From the IMG/VR virus record IMGVR_UViG_3300050500_000527: 64,000 nucleotides of DNA; one strand, given 5' to 3'. The translations under genes were made by a program, and so were the position numbers. This document shows, one piece after another, positions 51,173 through 60,433 of this stretch (positions within the stretch are counted from its first letter, which is position 1; every line of letters begins with the position of its first letter). Under the pieces are notes generated by a model. That model saw only the letters and a program-made list of their open reading frames with translations, did not search any database and was not told the origin of the DNA. This DNA is from a virus (Duplodnaviria > Heunggongvirae > Uroviricota > Caudoviricetes).

Positions 51173-52313
51173 CCTCTAACATCGGCCGGGGCCTCGGCGC
51201 GGGCAGGCGCGCGACGTTCCCCTCAACTTGGTCGAGGAGCCCAGGGCCTTCGCCGCCCGCCAGCATGTCCGCAGACCGGCGCGTCGCCGCGTCCATATCC
51301 ACATATTTGACCCGGCCATCGTCGGTACCCGCTTGCGGCGCATCATATTCGTGCACCGCTTCGGGCGTGACGTTCTCAAGGTCTTGCGCCGAAAGGCCGA
51401 TGCGCGTGGTGTCCTCGCCCTTGTATTTAAAGCGATAAATCGGCGTACCATCGGCCAGCGTGCCAATTTGTTGCAGGTCTTCCTTGAGCCGTTCGTCAGA
51501 CAGCAGCTTAGCGCCAACATTAAACCCAGTGGTTGAGGATGAGCCGGTGCCACTCTGTTGCTGGCCCAACTGGGCGACGGGCAACAGGAGCGAGGCCAGC
51601 TGACCGTATTTCTCATACGGCGCCGAGCTCTGCACAGCGTCCACGTTATATTGGCCGAGCGGCCCCCACAGCGAAGCGTTCGTCGCCGCGTCGGCGATCG
51701 GCAGCGCGCCCGCCCGCGCTTGTAGCGCTGCGGTGTCAAGGCCCTGCATGCCAGTGGCCGTAGTATTGCCCGCATTGAAGAGGGTATTCGCGGCGCCGAG
51801 CTGATTGGCTTGCTGCTGGGTAAACAGGTTGGCCAGGATCGGCAGTTGGGCTTCGGTAACGCCGGAGGCGACCGATTTCTGATTCATGCCACTAAGGTCG
51901 CGGCCCGCGCCCGCAAACTGGGCATTAATGCGTTGCTGGACCGAGTCACCGACGTTGGTCAACATTTCCTGGATATACGGATTTTCCTTAAAATCCAGGT
52001 ACTTCCCTTCGGCATACGGGGTCAGTACGTTCTGCAACGCACCGTAAGCATCGCCCAGCTGGGAGGACTGGCTCTGCGGCCCGGTAAAGAAGTCATTCGC
52101 CAGGCCTGTTAACTGGCCGGCAAATTGGTTGCCCTCGCCGTAGATATTGCTGAGGTCGCCCAGGGCGCTTACCTGCGTGCCCGTTAGTGGCTCAGTAGAG
52201 AGGTTGCCCACTCCGCCGAGATAGTCCTCCAAATAGGGAATTGTCGGCTCCCAGGGGTCTTGCTGGGAGCTCGATTTTGATTTAGTCTTGCTGGATCCGA
52301 ATCCGAAGCTCAT
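51141..52313 (-). CDS. structural protein with C-terminal intramolecular-chaperone (peptidase S74-like) domain, 390 aa
   Basis: C-terminal LSDERLKEDLQQIGTLADGTPIYRFKYKGEDTTRIGLSAQDLENVTPEAVHEY matches the SD-x-RLK-x-(N/D)I autoproteolytic chaperone module of tail fibres and spikes. Confidence 0.45.
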   Translation of the reverse strand: MSFGFGSSKTKSKSSSQQDPWEPTIPYLEDYLGGVGNLSTEPLTGTQVSALGDLSNIYGEGNQFAGQLTGLANDFFTGPQSQSSQLGDAYGALQNVLTPYAEGKYLDFKENPYIQEMLTNVGDSVQQRINAQFAGAGRDLSGMNQKSVASGVTEAQLPILANLFTQQQANQLGAANTLFNAGNTTATGMQGLDTAALQARAGALPIADAATNASLWGPLGQYNVDAVQSSAPYEKYGQLASLLLPVAQLGQQQSGTGSSSTTGFNVGAKLLSDERLKEDLQQIGTLADGTPIYRFKYKGEDTTRIGLSAQDLENVTPEAVHEYDAPQAGTDDGRVKYVDMDAATRRSADMLAGGEGPGLLDQVEGNVARLPAPRPRPMLEDELFMQRGAA

Positions 52314-52325
52314 GAGCTTAGCCCC

Positions 52326-52880
52326 TTAGGCCGCAATCCGTTTTTCGAAGAGGTACGTGCGGCCGTCCTCAGCGCACCCGATGATGTTTAAGTCGTCCAC
52401 CAGCGCCTTATAGGCGGCTCGTCCAAAGAACCGCACGGCGCGGCAATCGTTCATTTTCGCGAAGTCAATAACCAGGGCTTCGATCTTCGGCATCCAGAGT
52501 GGCAGCCGGTCGCCGCTCAGCCCGCAGACGGTCGCGAAGCCATGGCCTTCCTCGGCCACGCGGAGGTCACTAATCCAAATGCCCAGGGGGCGGAAGGGGT
52601 CGCGCTGGTAGGCCACGCCGAGCCAGGCCTTCCCGTTAACCACGGCTTCGACGAATTCATCGAGTGCCAGGTCGGAAGCCTTAAGGCCGCGCAGGATGTA
52701 GTAGCCGAACACCTTGATCACGTCACCAATCTGGCTCCGTGGCACCCAGGTCACGGTAATCGGCTGATCAAGCAATCTACCCAAGTGTGACAAAGCCGAA
52801 ATTCCTTGCGCCCGCACTCGAAGAGTGGGTGATAGTGAACGCGCCCGCTTCACGCGCGCTAACGTAGAGGCTGCCCGCAC
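52326..52880 (-). CDS. hypothetical virion protein (184 aa; alternative GTG start at 52754 avoids the 104-nt overlap)
   Basis: ORF in the codon-biased frame; no motif recognised. Confidence 0.35.
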   Translation of the reverse strand: MRAASTLARVKRARSLSPTLRVRAQGISALSHLGRLLDQPITVTWVPRSQIGDVIKVFGYYILRGLKASDLALDEFVEAVVNGKAWLGVAYQRDPFRPLGIWISDLRVAEEGHGFATVCGLSGDRLPLWMPKIEALVIDFAKMNDCRAVRFFGRAAYKALVDDLNIIGCAEDGRTYLFEKRIAA

Positions 52881-53091
52881 CCCATTCCGTCGCCGCCGCT
52901 GCGTTGAGCGGAATCAGCAAGGGAATAGACTGCGGACCCGCATTCGGCGCCCGGACCACCGTCGTCGTGGCAGGCGCGACGGCGAGCGTAACCTCCCCGA
53001 AGCAATTATTTCGGCCGGAAAACAGGTCTTGAATCGCCTGAACAATCTTGGCAACGTCGCGCTCACCAGGAACCGGATAATTGCCGCTCAT
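52777..53091 (-). CDS. hypothetical protein (104 aa)
   Basis: ATGA overlap with the upstream tail tubular B-like gene. Confidence 0.35.
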   Translation of the reverse strand: MSGNYPVPGERDVAKIVQAIQDLFSGRNNCFGEVTLAVAPATTTVVRAPNAGPQSIPLLIPLNAAAATEWGAGSLYVSAREAGAFTITHSSSAGARNFGFVTLG

Positions 53092-54569
53092 GATCCACCC
53101 GCTCCTCGGGCTTCCGGGATAAACCCCTTAAAGTACGTCCAAGCTTCTGCCTCGGGAATACGGCCCTTTATTCTCAGGTATCGCCCCTCTACAAGCTGGG
53201 GGCACATTCCATCATCGTTAAGCTCCGTTTCGTCAGAATACGTGGAAGCAGAATTTAAGTTAAACCGTATGCCGATACTACAGAAAATCTCCGGGGAATC
53301 AGACAACGGCCAAACACCGTTCACGTCCAACACCGAGCCGGGTACCGAATATTCGGCCGTTTCTAGTGTCGCCTCCTGAAAAGGCCCGGTGAAAAAGGAA
53401 ATGATATGAGTCGGCGCCGAGATGGAGAGCGCGGGCAGCGTTGAAGTAGAGATGTCGTCCAGGCTGAACGGCAGCGCGTCGAGGCTAGCCGAAATCGCGT
53501 CGAGGTTTTCCAGCGTCAGGCCCGGCTTGGCTAGCGAGGTGATATATTCGCCGTCAATCTCGAAGGGCGTCCAACGGTTGAGCGCCCAATCGTAAAGCAG
53601 CGCCTTATTAAAGCGGCCCATATTGCCGCCCGTGATGGTCTTATAGACCCAAATCACGACGTTGGTGGTAGGGTCAGCTACGCCGATCATCAGCTGCGGA
53701 CTGGCAGAGTCCCATTCCGCATAGAAGGTACGGTCCACGCGCTCTTTACCGATCGGTGTTAACAGGCCCGCCGCGTCGGACTGCACAAAGCCCTGGGCCG
53801 TAAGGAAGAAGATCTTCTCGCCTGCGGCCACCAAGGAATACGGCGCGTTTAGTCCACGGTCCTGAGCGACGCGAATAATCTGGAAGACCAGCTCCGAACC
53901 AGGCACATAAACCATGCGCCGGATCGCGCCTTCCTGCAGGATCATGCCGTATTCGCCGCCCGCCACGCCGCGATTCAAGCCACCGTCGGCCAGGTCTTGG
54001 AAATCGGAGAAATTGTCACCGGCCGTCCAGTTGTCAATTTCATTCAGCCCCGACCATTGCACCCGGTAGGGCTGGTCTAAGAGGCCAGAAAGCACGACAA
54101 ATCGGTTAACAACCGCGATATAGGCGGCTTGCGGCGGACTGCCACCGAGGTCTGCGAACGCTGAAGAAGAGCCGAGCGTGAAGCTCTGCACAACCTCGTT
54201 CGCCTGGGTGGCTAGCACAACGTTATTAAACTGCGCGAATTGCCACTGAGCCGTAGAGCTCAGCGCGGAATAAGCCAGGCCCCCCTGGGAAACATCGTCC
54301 CAAGTGAAATCCGTATTGTCCATGAGGTAGAGGCGGTCGACGGTCGCAGCGAAGATCGCCACCGATCCGTCACTCCGCCGAGCGTAGAAATAGCCGCGGC
54401 AGGCGGCCGGGAGCGCCGCTGTATAAGCCTGGGGTGAATTCAGCGGGCCATAGCCATCCGCGCGTGGTTTGACATTGAGCAACGAGCTCGTGTAAGCTTG
54501 GGCGTTATGGTCCGAAACGTCGGGCCGATATTCGCCCAAGGCGAGCGGAAGTGGCTGGGGTGCGGGCAT
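53088..54569 (-). CDS. tail tubular protein B-like / tail structural protein (493 aa)
   Basis: Position directly after the gatekeeper-like gene, downstream of the capsid gene; beta-rich. Assignment is by synteny only. Confidence 0.35.
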   Translation of the reverse strand: MPAPQPLPLALGEYRPDVSDHNAQAYTSSLLNVKPRADGYGPLNSPQAYTAALPAACRGYFYARRSDGSVAIFAATVDRLYLMDNTDFTWDDVSQGGLAYSALSSTAQWQFAQFNNVVLATQANEVVQSFTLGSSSAFADLGGSPPQAAYIAVVNRFVVLSGLLDQPYRVQWSGLNEIDNWTAGDNFSDFQDLADGGLNRGVAGGEYGMILQEGAIRRMVYVPGSELVFQIIRVAQDRGLNAPYSLVAAGEKIFFLTAQGFVQSDAAGLLTPIGKERVDRTFYAEWDSASPQLMIGVADPTTNVVIWVYKTITGGNMGRFNKALLYDWALNRWTPFEIDGEYITSLAKPGLTLENLDAISASLDALPFSLDDISTSTLPALSISAPTHIISFFTGPFQEATLETAEYSVPGSVLDVNGVWPLSDSPEIFCSIGIRFNLNSASTYSDETELNDDGMCPQLVEGRYLRIKGRIPEAEAWTYFKGFIPEARGAGGS

Positions 54570-55207
54570 TAGAACGCCATGGCCTTAATACGACCACCCC
54601 CTGTTTTGGTCTTGCGTGTAGTGCGAACGTTGAGCTGCTCCAGGGCCTCATTGACGTTGGCCGTCATTACCTGGGCTTCTTCCACGTTCCGCAGGACGTG
54701 CGTGAATATCTCGTATTTGGCCCGGCTGCGGATCAGTCGTTCCGCCGTGGTCATCCACGGGTTGCCAGTTTCCCCGTCGGTCGCGGGTTCAGCTTGCTCT
54801 AGCACCGCGCCAATGCGCACCGTCCAGGCCTCATTGGGCACCGGATAGAGCCAGAATTGTTCGTCGTACCAGGCATACCAGCCCGGCTGACCGAGGAATT
54901 GCGGCGTGGTGCCACTGTCCTCAACATATTTCATCGTTTCCGGCAGCAGCTCAAAGGGCTGGTCGCCGATCACGATAAAGGCGTAATCCACCTTAGAAAT
55001 CAGTCCGATAAATGCGGCCTGTGCGGCGCCGTAATTGGGCCGCAGAGCAATAGTGTCAAAGGTATTCTCGCGGGTTTCATTGAAGAACCAGCGTTCGTGC
55101 TCATACGCCTTAATGGCCGTAGAGATAGCCGCCGCGATTTGCGTGGTTAAGTCTGTGCGACGGAGCTCCGACGCGATCCTTGCCTTCATAATGGCGAGCG
55201 TGGTCAT
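54569..55207 (-). CDS. tail tubular protein A-like (gatekeeper, T7 gp11-like), 212 aa
   Basis: Size (about 200 aa) and position after the major capsid and decoration-like genes match T7 gp11; no search was run. Confidence 0.35.
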   Translation of the reverse strand: MTTLAIMKARIASELRRTDLTTQIAAAISTAIKAYEHERWFFNETRENTFDTIALRPNYGAAQAAFIGLISKVDYAFIVIGDQPFELLPETMKYVEDSGTTPQFLGQPGWYAWYDEQFWLYPVPNEAWTVRIGAVLEQAEPATDGETGNPWMTTAERLIRSRAKYEIFTHVLRNVEEAQVMTANVNEALEQLNVRTTRKTKTGGGRIKAMAF

Positions 55208-55282
55208 GCCTTACCCCTTACGCACGTAAGGGCTGGCCCGCCGGACCAGCCCTCTTATTCGCCGTTAAGCCCCTAAGAAGGC

Positions 55283-55696
55283 TTAGGAGAAGTTCTTGTC
55301 GTCCAGGATGTATTCCACCCAGGCGCGACCAATACCCGTGGTCGCGGCCGTGCCGGTCAGGTCAACCACGGCCACCAATTCGGTGTCCGCGGCATAAGGA
55401 CCAGCGTCGTTCGAGGTGGCCATCTCGTCCGTCGGAATCACGCCGACCGTGCCCAGGGCCAAGTCGGTAGCGAAGCCGTCCGGGTCTGCCGCCGTGCCGA
55501 GGTCCAGCACGTTCGTGGTGCCGGCATTAAAAGCCTGAGAGACCACCACGCCGCCGCGAATAACCGTCGCGCCGATCGGTGCGTAACCCAAGGAGAGCGT
55601 CAGGCCGTCCGAGGCGAAGGTGAAGTCGGCCGCCAGGTAGTGGACCTGGTGAGTGTGGTACTCGCGAGCGACCGTTCCCGCTGTATTCGTCGTCAT
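55283..55696 (-). CDS. hypothetical capsid-associated protein (137 aa)
   Basis: Beta-rich threonine/alanine/glycine composition directly after the major capsid gene; possibly a decoration protein or minor capsid variant. Confidence 0.35.
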   Translation of the reverse strand: MTTNTAGTVAREYHTHQVHYLAADFTFASDGLTLSLGYAPIGATVIRGGVVVSQAFNAGTTNVLDLGTAADPDGFATDLALGTVGVIPTDEMATSNDAGPYAADTELVAVVDLTGTAATTGIGRAWVEYILDDKNFS

Positions 55697-55746
55697 ATCC
55701 GTGTTTCCCTTATTGGGAGCCTAAGAGAGGCGCCCGTTCTCCGCTA

Positions 55747-56823
55747 TCAGCTTGCCGCTGCCGCGTAGGTTGACACGACGACCACGCCGAAGTCCGCGCT
55801 GTTGAACACGGTCTTCTTCATGCCCCAGATGGACCAGGCCGAAACTTCCAGCTTGCGCTTGTGGTCGAGCAGCTCTTCGTTCCAGCGATACTTGCTGGGA
55901 CCGTAGTTGTTCTGACCGTAAGCGATGACGCAGGCCTGCGCACCCAGCAGCACGGCGCGGCGGGTATTGCTAACCGCGGCCCCAGTGGAGCTGTTAACGC
56001 CGAGCGTCACGTCCTGCGAGGAACGCAGGATCACGCCGTTGTACTCGCCCAGGGCGCCGGTATAGATGGGGTTGCCAGAAACCTGGCCGCCCATCATCGC
56101 GGCTTTCTGGATATCCATCCACTGGCCGGAGGCCGAGTTGGTCCGCATGGACGTGACCTGATACGGATGCAGGTACATCACGTATTTCGGCTGGCCGCCG
56201 ATACGGATCGGCCGGACCATGTTGTTGCCGACCTTGGCGTTTTCCACGGCCGCGTCGATCAGGTCGAGCGTGAAAACGTCCGAGGAGGTCAGCCCCTGGT
56301 CATTGGTCGCGGTGCCCGCCCAAATCTGGCGGCCCGTGCCCGCCGGAGCGGTCGCGGTATTCAGGCCGGTGTACTTCAGGTTGGTCTGGGCGTTGTTGCC
56401 GCAAACCTGGTTGAAGAACGAAGCCGACTTGCGGTCCGCCCACCACTCGCCCAGGGCGTCACGGGCCTGCTCACGCAGGTCGTACTGAACGCGCTGCGCG
56501 TCGATGGTGTTTTCGGAACGCACGCCGACAATATGGCCGAGCTCGTTGATGAGCAGGTTGTCGGAATAGAGGGAGAGAGACTCGCCGTTACCTTCGGCCG
56601 TCTCGCCTTCGGTCTTGCCTTCGCCCGTCAGCCTCGCCCGCAGTGCGATTGTCACCCGGTCGCCAGCGCCTTTGCGCGGCTCGGTTTTCAGCTGGATGAT
56701 ATTGTCCTCGCCCTCGCCAATCAGCGGAGCGATATCCAGGTATTCGCGTTCTGCGACTGCCAGGGAGCGGGACCACAGCTTGACCGCCAAGGCGTCATTG
56801 ACGCCAAATGAAGTCGTAGCCAT
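55747..56823 (-). CDS. major capsid protein (T7 gp10-like, HK97 fold)
   Basis: Length about 358 aa; pattern similarity to T7 gp10 as remembered (LAVKLW... N-terminus, PKYVMYLHPYQVTSM versus T7 DRVFYCDPDSYSAI, glycine/alanine-rich C-terminal part); followed by tail tubular-like genes. Confidence 0.6.
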   Translation of the reverse strand: MATTSFGVNDALAVKLWSRSLAVAEREYLDIAPLIGEGEDNIIQLKTEPRKGAGDRVTIALRARLTGEGKTEGETAEGNGESLSLYSDNLLINELGHIVGVRSENTIDAQRVQYDLREQARDALGEWWADRKSASFFNQVCGNNAQTNLKYTGLNTATAPAGTGRQIWAGTATNDQGLTSSDVFTLDLIDAAVENAKVGNNMVRPIRIGGQPKYVMYLHPYQVTSMRTNSASGQWMDIQKAAMMGGQVSGNPIYTGALGEYNGVILRSSQDVTLGVNSSTGAAVSNTRRAVLLGAQACVIAYGQNNYGPSKYRWNEELLDHKRKLEVSAWSIWGMKKTVFNSADFGVVVVSTYAAAAS

Positions 56824-57015
56824 TGTGGGAATTGCCCCTAATAAGTGTTGAATTGTTCCCAAGTTAACAGCAGTGACGCCTGCTTAGCGCGGACAGAACC
56901 TTTAGTAGCGCACTAGGTTCTGAGAGTGGGAACACACTTACGGGGTTGTTCTACCGAAGCGGGATTAACCGCAACAATAGCAATAACTCAGATAAAATAC
57001 TGTGGCAACAACTAT

Positions 57016-58461
57016 TTACGTAGCTTCCGTAAAAATAACGCCGCCGTACTCTCGGCGTACAGGATGTAAGTCCCATCGCGGAGTGTGGCGATAGTAGGAT
57101 CGCTCGTCACGCAACTCATCGCACGTGGGTAGTATCACGCCGCCCGTCTTTGGGTCTAACCTCCACCTATTGGCGATTTTCAGCACCTCTTCTTCCTGCA
57201 ATTCCAGCCCGTATTTCTGGGCGAGCATTACGTCACCTTCTACCAGGTCGCCTTGCGGTAAGAAGCACAGCTTCTCAACGGCGCGGTTATCCGCGTTGAC
57301 CCGGAAGATATTCATCTGGCGGCCGTAAACAATCTTGTAACGGTGACCAGTTTTCCCGCCGATCACGAAGAAGGCGCGGATCGCCTTCCAATCGACCAGC
57401 TGGGCGGGGGTGAGGTTCTCCTCCAGGAGCTTAAGGCCCTTTTCCTGTGCGGCTTTGCGGCGCGCGGTTTCCGCCACGCGCTGTCCTTCCTGAGCCGCAA
57501 TTCCGACCATTTCAGCTTCAGTCCACTGAGCCCCACCCATCATGCGGCGCAACTCTTGCTCGGCGCGCCGCGAGAGCTCTAGCATCGCGGGCGCTATGGC
57601 AGGCCGCTCAATCGGTGTAAGCTCATAAGCTTCCCGCCTCAGCTCCGCATAGCTAACGGTGTCCACCGCCTCACGCTCAGCAGTACAATAGTAATGCTGA
57701 TAATTCTGGCGCCGCTGTTGCTCTGCATTGCGATGCATACGCGCGCGGTGGCGTGCTTCTTGAAGCGCATAATGATGATATTGGACCTGATCATCGGGGA
57801 GCCCCTGGCGCTGCGCTGACTCGTAAAGCATCCGCGCCGCATGGACTTCGACGCTCAGCTCGCTGTCATTACGGGCTTCCGCGAAGACCTCGCGGATTCG
57901 ATTTTCCACCTCATTTTGGGTTGAGCCACCGTACTCACCGCGCATCGCGCGGCGCACTTCCAACAACATATGGCCGAATTGGTGGCGAGGATCGGCGGCC
58001 ATATTGTACTCATGGCCAGACTCCATACGCACGGAAACAATCACGTCACCGCGGCAACGATCACCCGATTGGCTAATTTGTATACGGCCGAAGGAAGAGA
58101 TAAAGCCCAGGGCGCGGAGCTCAGAGTGATAGGCTTGGCCCGCGAATTCCGGCCAGAACTGCGCGAAGGCTCGGTGGAGCTCGCGGTTGTCGACGTGCCG
58201 CTCGTACCGCATTAGGCGAGCGAGGCGCGTAAGGTCAACCCGGTCAGCATAGGTCTCACCCGCAGGGTTCGCGACTAACTGCCCCGGATCGACAGTAACG
58301 CTATCCGCCGACGAAGGGGGCGTGGAGGGTGATGGTGCGGTTGGCGTCGAAGGTGCGGGTGACTTCTTTCGAGCCGTCCGCGTTTTCCGCGACGGCGACG
58401 TATTTTTTGCCACCCACCAGCTCCTGAAACCTGTCCATAGCCTCAGCGACCTTGATCTCAT
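57016..58461 (-). CDS. hypothetical protein (481 aa ORF; likely start at 58212 giving 399 aa)
   Basis: Long ORF upstream of the capsid gene; arginine/glutamine/glutamate-rich helical composition, not portal-like; N-terminal 80 aa are low complexity. Confidence 0.4.
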   Translation of the reverse strand: MRSRSLRLWTGFRSWWVAKNTSPSRKTRTARKKSPAPSTPTAPSPSTPPSSADSVTVDPGQLVANPAGETYADRVDLTRLARLMRYERHVDNRELHRAFAQFWPEFAGQAYHSELRALGFISSFGRIQISQSGDRCRGDVIVSVRMESGHEYNMAADPRHQFGHMLLEVRRAMRGEYGGSTQNEVENRIREVFAEARNDSELSVEVHAARMLYESAQRQGLPDDQVQYHHYALQEARHRARMHRNAEQQRRQNYQHYYCTAEREAVDTVSYAELRREAYELTPIERPAIAPAMLELSRRAEQELRRMMGGAQWTEAEMVGIAAQEGQRVAETARRKAAQEKGLKLLEENLTPAQLVDWKAIRAFFVIGGKTGHRYKIVYGRQMNIFRVNADNRAVEKLCFLPQGDLVEGDVMLAQKYGLELQEEEVLKIANRWRLDPKTGGVILPTCDELRDERSYYRHTPRWDLHPVRREYGGVIFTEAT

Positions 58462-58516
58462 CGGTTAAGTTGATCCGCGTATCGCCGCTGCGGTCCATAA
58501 CGATCAGCTGTTTCAT
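58301..58516 (-). CDS. hypothetical small protein (71 aa)
   Basis: ORF in the codon-biased frame; no motif recognised. Confidence 0.35.
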   Translation of the reverse strand: MKQLIVMDRSGDTRINLTDEIKVAEAMDRFQELVGGKKYVAVAENADGSKEVTRTFDANRTITLHAPFVGG

Positions 58517-58666
58517 GTGCGCCTATGAGGAGTTAGCGGGTTCCCTAGTCCGGTAAACATCGGACTCTCCAGCAAGGATATGAGGTCGTAAAGCCGGTTA
58601 CTCGACCAAGAAACCCAGAAAACGATACGCCGCCCCGGAGGGCGGCGCTCTGCTCTTCATGCGTGA

Positions 58667-59485
58667 TTAGTGGCGGCTCACCGAGCCGTGAGCTACCTTG
58701 AGCGCGGTCGCTGCGCTGACGCGGAGGCAAGCGGCGCGGAACGCCGCCCGGCGCACCTGCTCCAGCTTGTGCAGCTTGACGGTAACGTGGAGCGCACCGC
58801 GGTCCACTTCCGTCCGGACGAAGGCGCCGAGCTGAATATTCGGGTCGCCGGTGAAGAATGGCAGGTCGAGCGTCAGTCGCTCCGGAACGCGCGTGGAGCC
58901 TTCCACGTTGTCTTCGTCGGCATAGCTGATCACCTGGGCGCTATTGGCCCGCTTGATCTTGGACTGGAATTTCACCGTGCGGGTCTGCGAGAAATTGGTG
59001 ATCATATCGTAGAGCACCGCGCCTTCCGGCTCCAGGATATCGTCGATATGCTCCTCGACGAAATCGGCGAAGTGGATCTGACCCTGCGGGCGGCCACTGA
59101 TACCAGCCCAGGCATCCAGCTGCGGGGACGTGGTGAGCTGCAATATCGCCTTGTGGCTCAGCTTACCGACGGAATGCGCGCCTTCGGCGCCGGGCGTGTG
59201 GTAATCCAGAACGGCGCTGATCCGGAAATTACCCTCCGAGGCGAACAGCCGCGTGCTGGCGCCCTTGAAGGCATTGACGTAGTCGACGAAGCTTTCCACG
59301 TCGTAGAATTCCGGCGCCGACGAGATATATTCCGGTTGGTCCGGCCGGAGGTGCTCGAGGGTGTGGTCGTCCGGAACGATAACGGCCTTACCACCGCCCG
59401 GATGGTCGAAGGGCACCAAGCCGCGCGTTACCAGTTCTTCGACTTTCGAGGCCAATCCGGCCAGGTCACTATTGTGCGAGCTCAT
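58667..59485 (-). CDS. hypothetical protein (272 aa), possibly DUF2303/YfdQ-like
   Basis: AAGGAG ribosome-binding site with perfect spacing; size and prophage context resemble the YfdQ family; weak call. Confidence 0.4.
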   Translation of the reverse strand: MSSHNSDLAGLASKVEELVTRGLVPFDHPGGGKAVIVPDDHTLEHLRPDQPEYISSAPEFYDVESFVDYVNAFKGASTRLFASEGNFRISAVLDYHTPGAEGAHSVGKLSHKAILQLTTSPQLDAWAGISGRPQGQIHFADFVEEHIDDILEPEGAVLYDMITNFSQTRTVKFQSKIKRANSAQVISYADEDNVEGSTRVPERLTLDLPFFTGDPNIQLGAFVRTEVDRGALHVTVKLHKLEQVRRAAFRAACLRVSAATALKVAHGSVSRH

Positions 59486-59565
59486 ATTGAGCTAACTCCT
59501 TAAGTTTAAAGGGATAAAAGCCGAGCTCGCGCTCGGCTTAGGGATGGGGAAATGCCGGCAACAAC

Positions 59566-59883
59566 TTAAACAGCGGCGAGTTGCCGATTCGCCACTTCCG
59601 CGCGCGCCTCATCCTGCTTGGGTGAGGTACGGGTCAGCGAGCCATCGGTCCGGGCGAAGAAATTCGACTGGTCCGGCATGGCTTCCGGTGCTTTGGCGGT
59701 GATTTTGGCGTCGACCAGCGCCTTACCGCTACCGTTCGGCTTGACAGAAAGCGTCAGGGTAAGCGTACCGGGCTTCTGGTGCTCGTCCACGGCTAGGACC
59801 AGCGCAGCGAGCTTTTCCGTGGCGGCAGCACTCACGGCGCCGTAGTCCAGCTCGCCAAGAATTTCTGAGAAGGGACGTGGCAA
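59566..59883 (-). CDS. hypothetical acidic protein (105 aa)
   Basis: ORF in the codon-biased frame; no motif recognised. Confidence 0.35.
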   Translation of the reverse strand: MPRPFSEILGELDYGAVSAAATEKLAALVLAVDEHQKPGTLTLTLSVKPNGSGKALVDAKITAKAPEAMPDQSNFFARTDGSLTRTSPKQDEARAEVANRQLAAV

Positions 59884-59960
59884 AGGGAATACCTCCTAAC
59901 ATAAGGGAAGAAAATCCTTACCACGTTTTTATAGCCGGGCCAAGTAGAGCCGCGCTCTGT

Positions 59961-60329
59961 TTAAGCGTGGGCGTGCGGAGGCATCTTGGCCTTTACTGGA
60001 CCTTTCTCGGGCTGGTCTTGAAGTTGCATAACCAGATTGGTTAGCTGTTCGACTAGCAACTCGCGGCTCGGTGCCAGAATTGTTCCATCTGAGCTTGTAC
60101 GCTGCCGGAAATTAGCGTCCACATAATTCAAGAGGGCGAGTTTCACGTCCAATCGCTTCAGCGGCGGCGCTTCAGCCACTTCCGTAAGTTCCAATGGTCC
60201 TTCCTCGCGCGCTAATGCTGGGCGGCCAGAAAAGCTAGAAGCCAGCCCGCCCAATTTATCCCCGGCCCGGTCCATCGCTGTGCGCAGCGGGTTGCTCGCC
60301 ACGTCGCCTTTGTGCGTATCGACTGCCAT
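59961..60329 (-). CDS. hypothetical protein (122 aa)
   Basis: ORF in the codon-biased frame; no motif recognised. Confidence 0.35.
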   Translation of the reverse strand: MAVDTHKGDVASNPLRTAMDRAGDKLGGLASSFSGRPALAREEGPLELTEVAEAPPLKRLDVKLALLNYVDANFRQRTSSDGTILAPSRELLVEQLTNLVMQLQDQPEKGPVKAKMPPHAHA

Positions 60330-60433
60330 AAATGTCCCCCGTCGGTTATTGTGCCGGCGAGTTTAGGCTACACGGCCCCCCGCGTATTGTGCGAGAAGCG
60401 AGCGAAGTAAAAAGCGAAGCCCCGACGTTGCCG

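Noticed and set aside
55861-56811. 316-aa plus-strand ORF overlapping the major capsid gene
   Set aside because: Antisense shadow ORF (arginine/glycine/valine/leucine-rich). The minus frame encodes the T7 gp10-like capsid protein.
57016-58461. 481-aa ORF as the missing portal protein upstream of the capsid gene
   Set aside because: Arginine/glutamine/histidine-rich helical composition, basic rather than acidic, and none of the portal wing/clip-like patterns. Kept as hypothetical.
58670-59503. 277-aa plus-strand ORF opposite the 272-aa gene
   Set aside because: Shadow composition. The minus-strand gene has a perfect AAGGAG ribosome-binding site.
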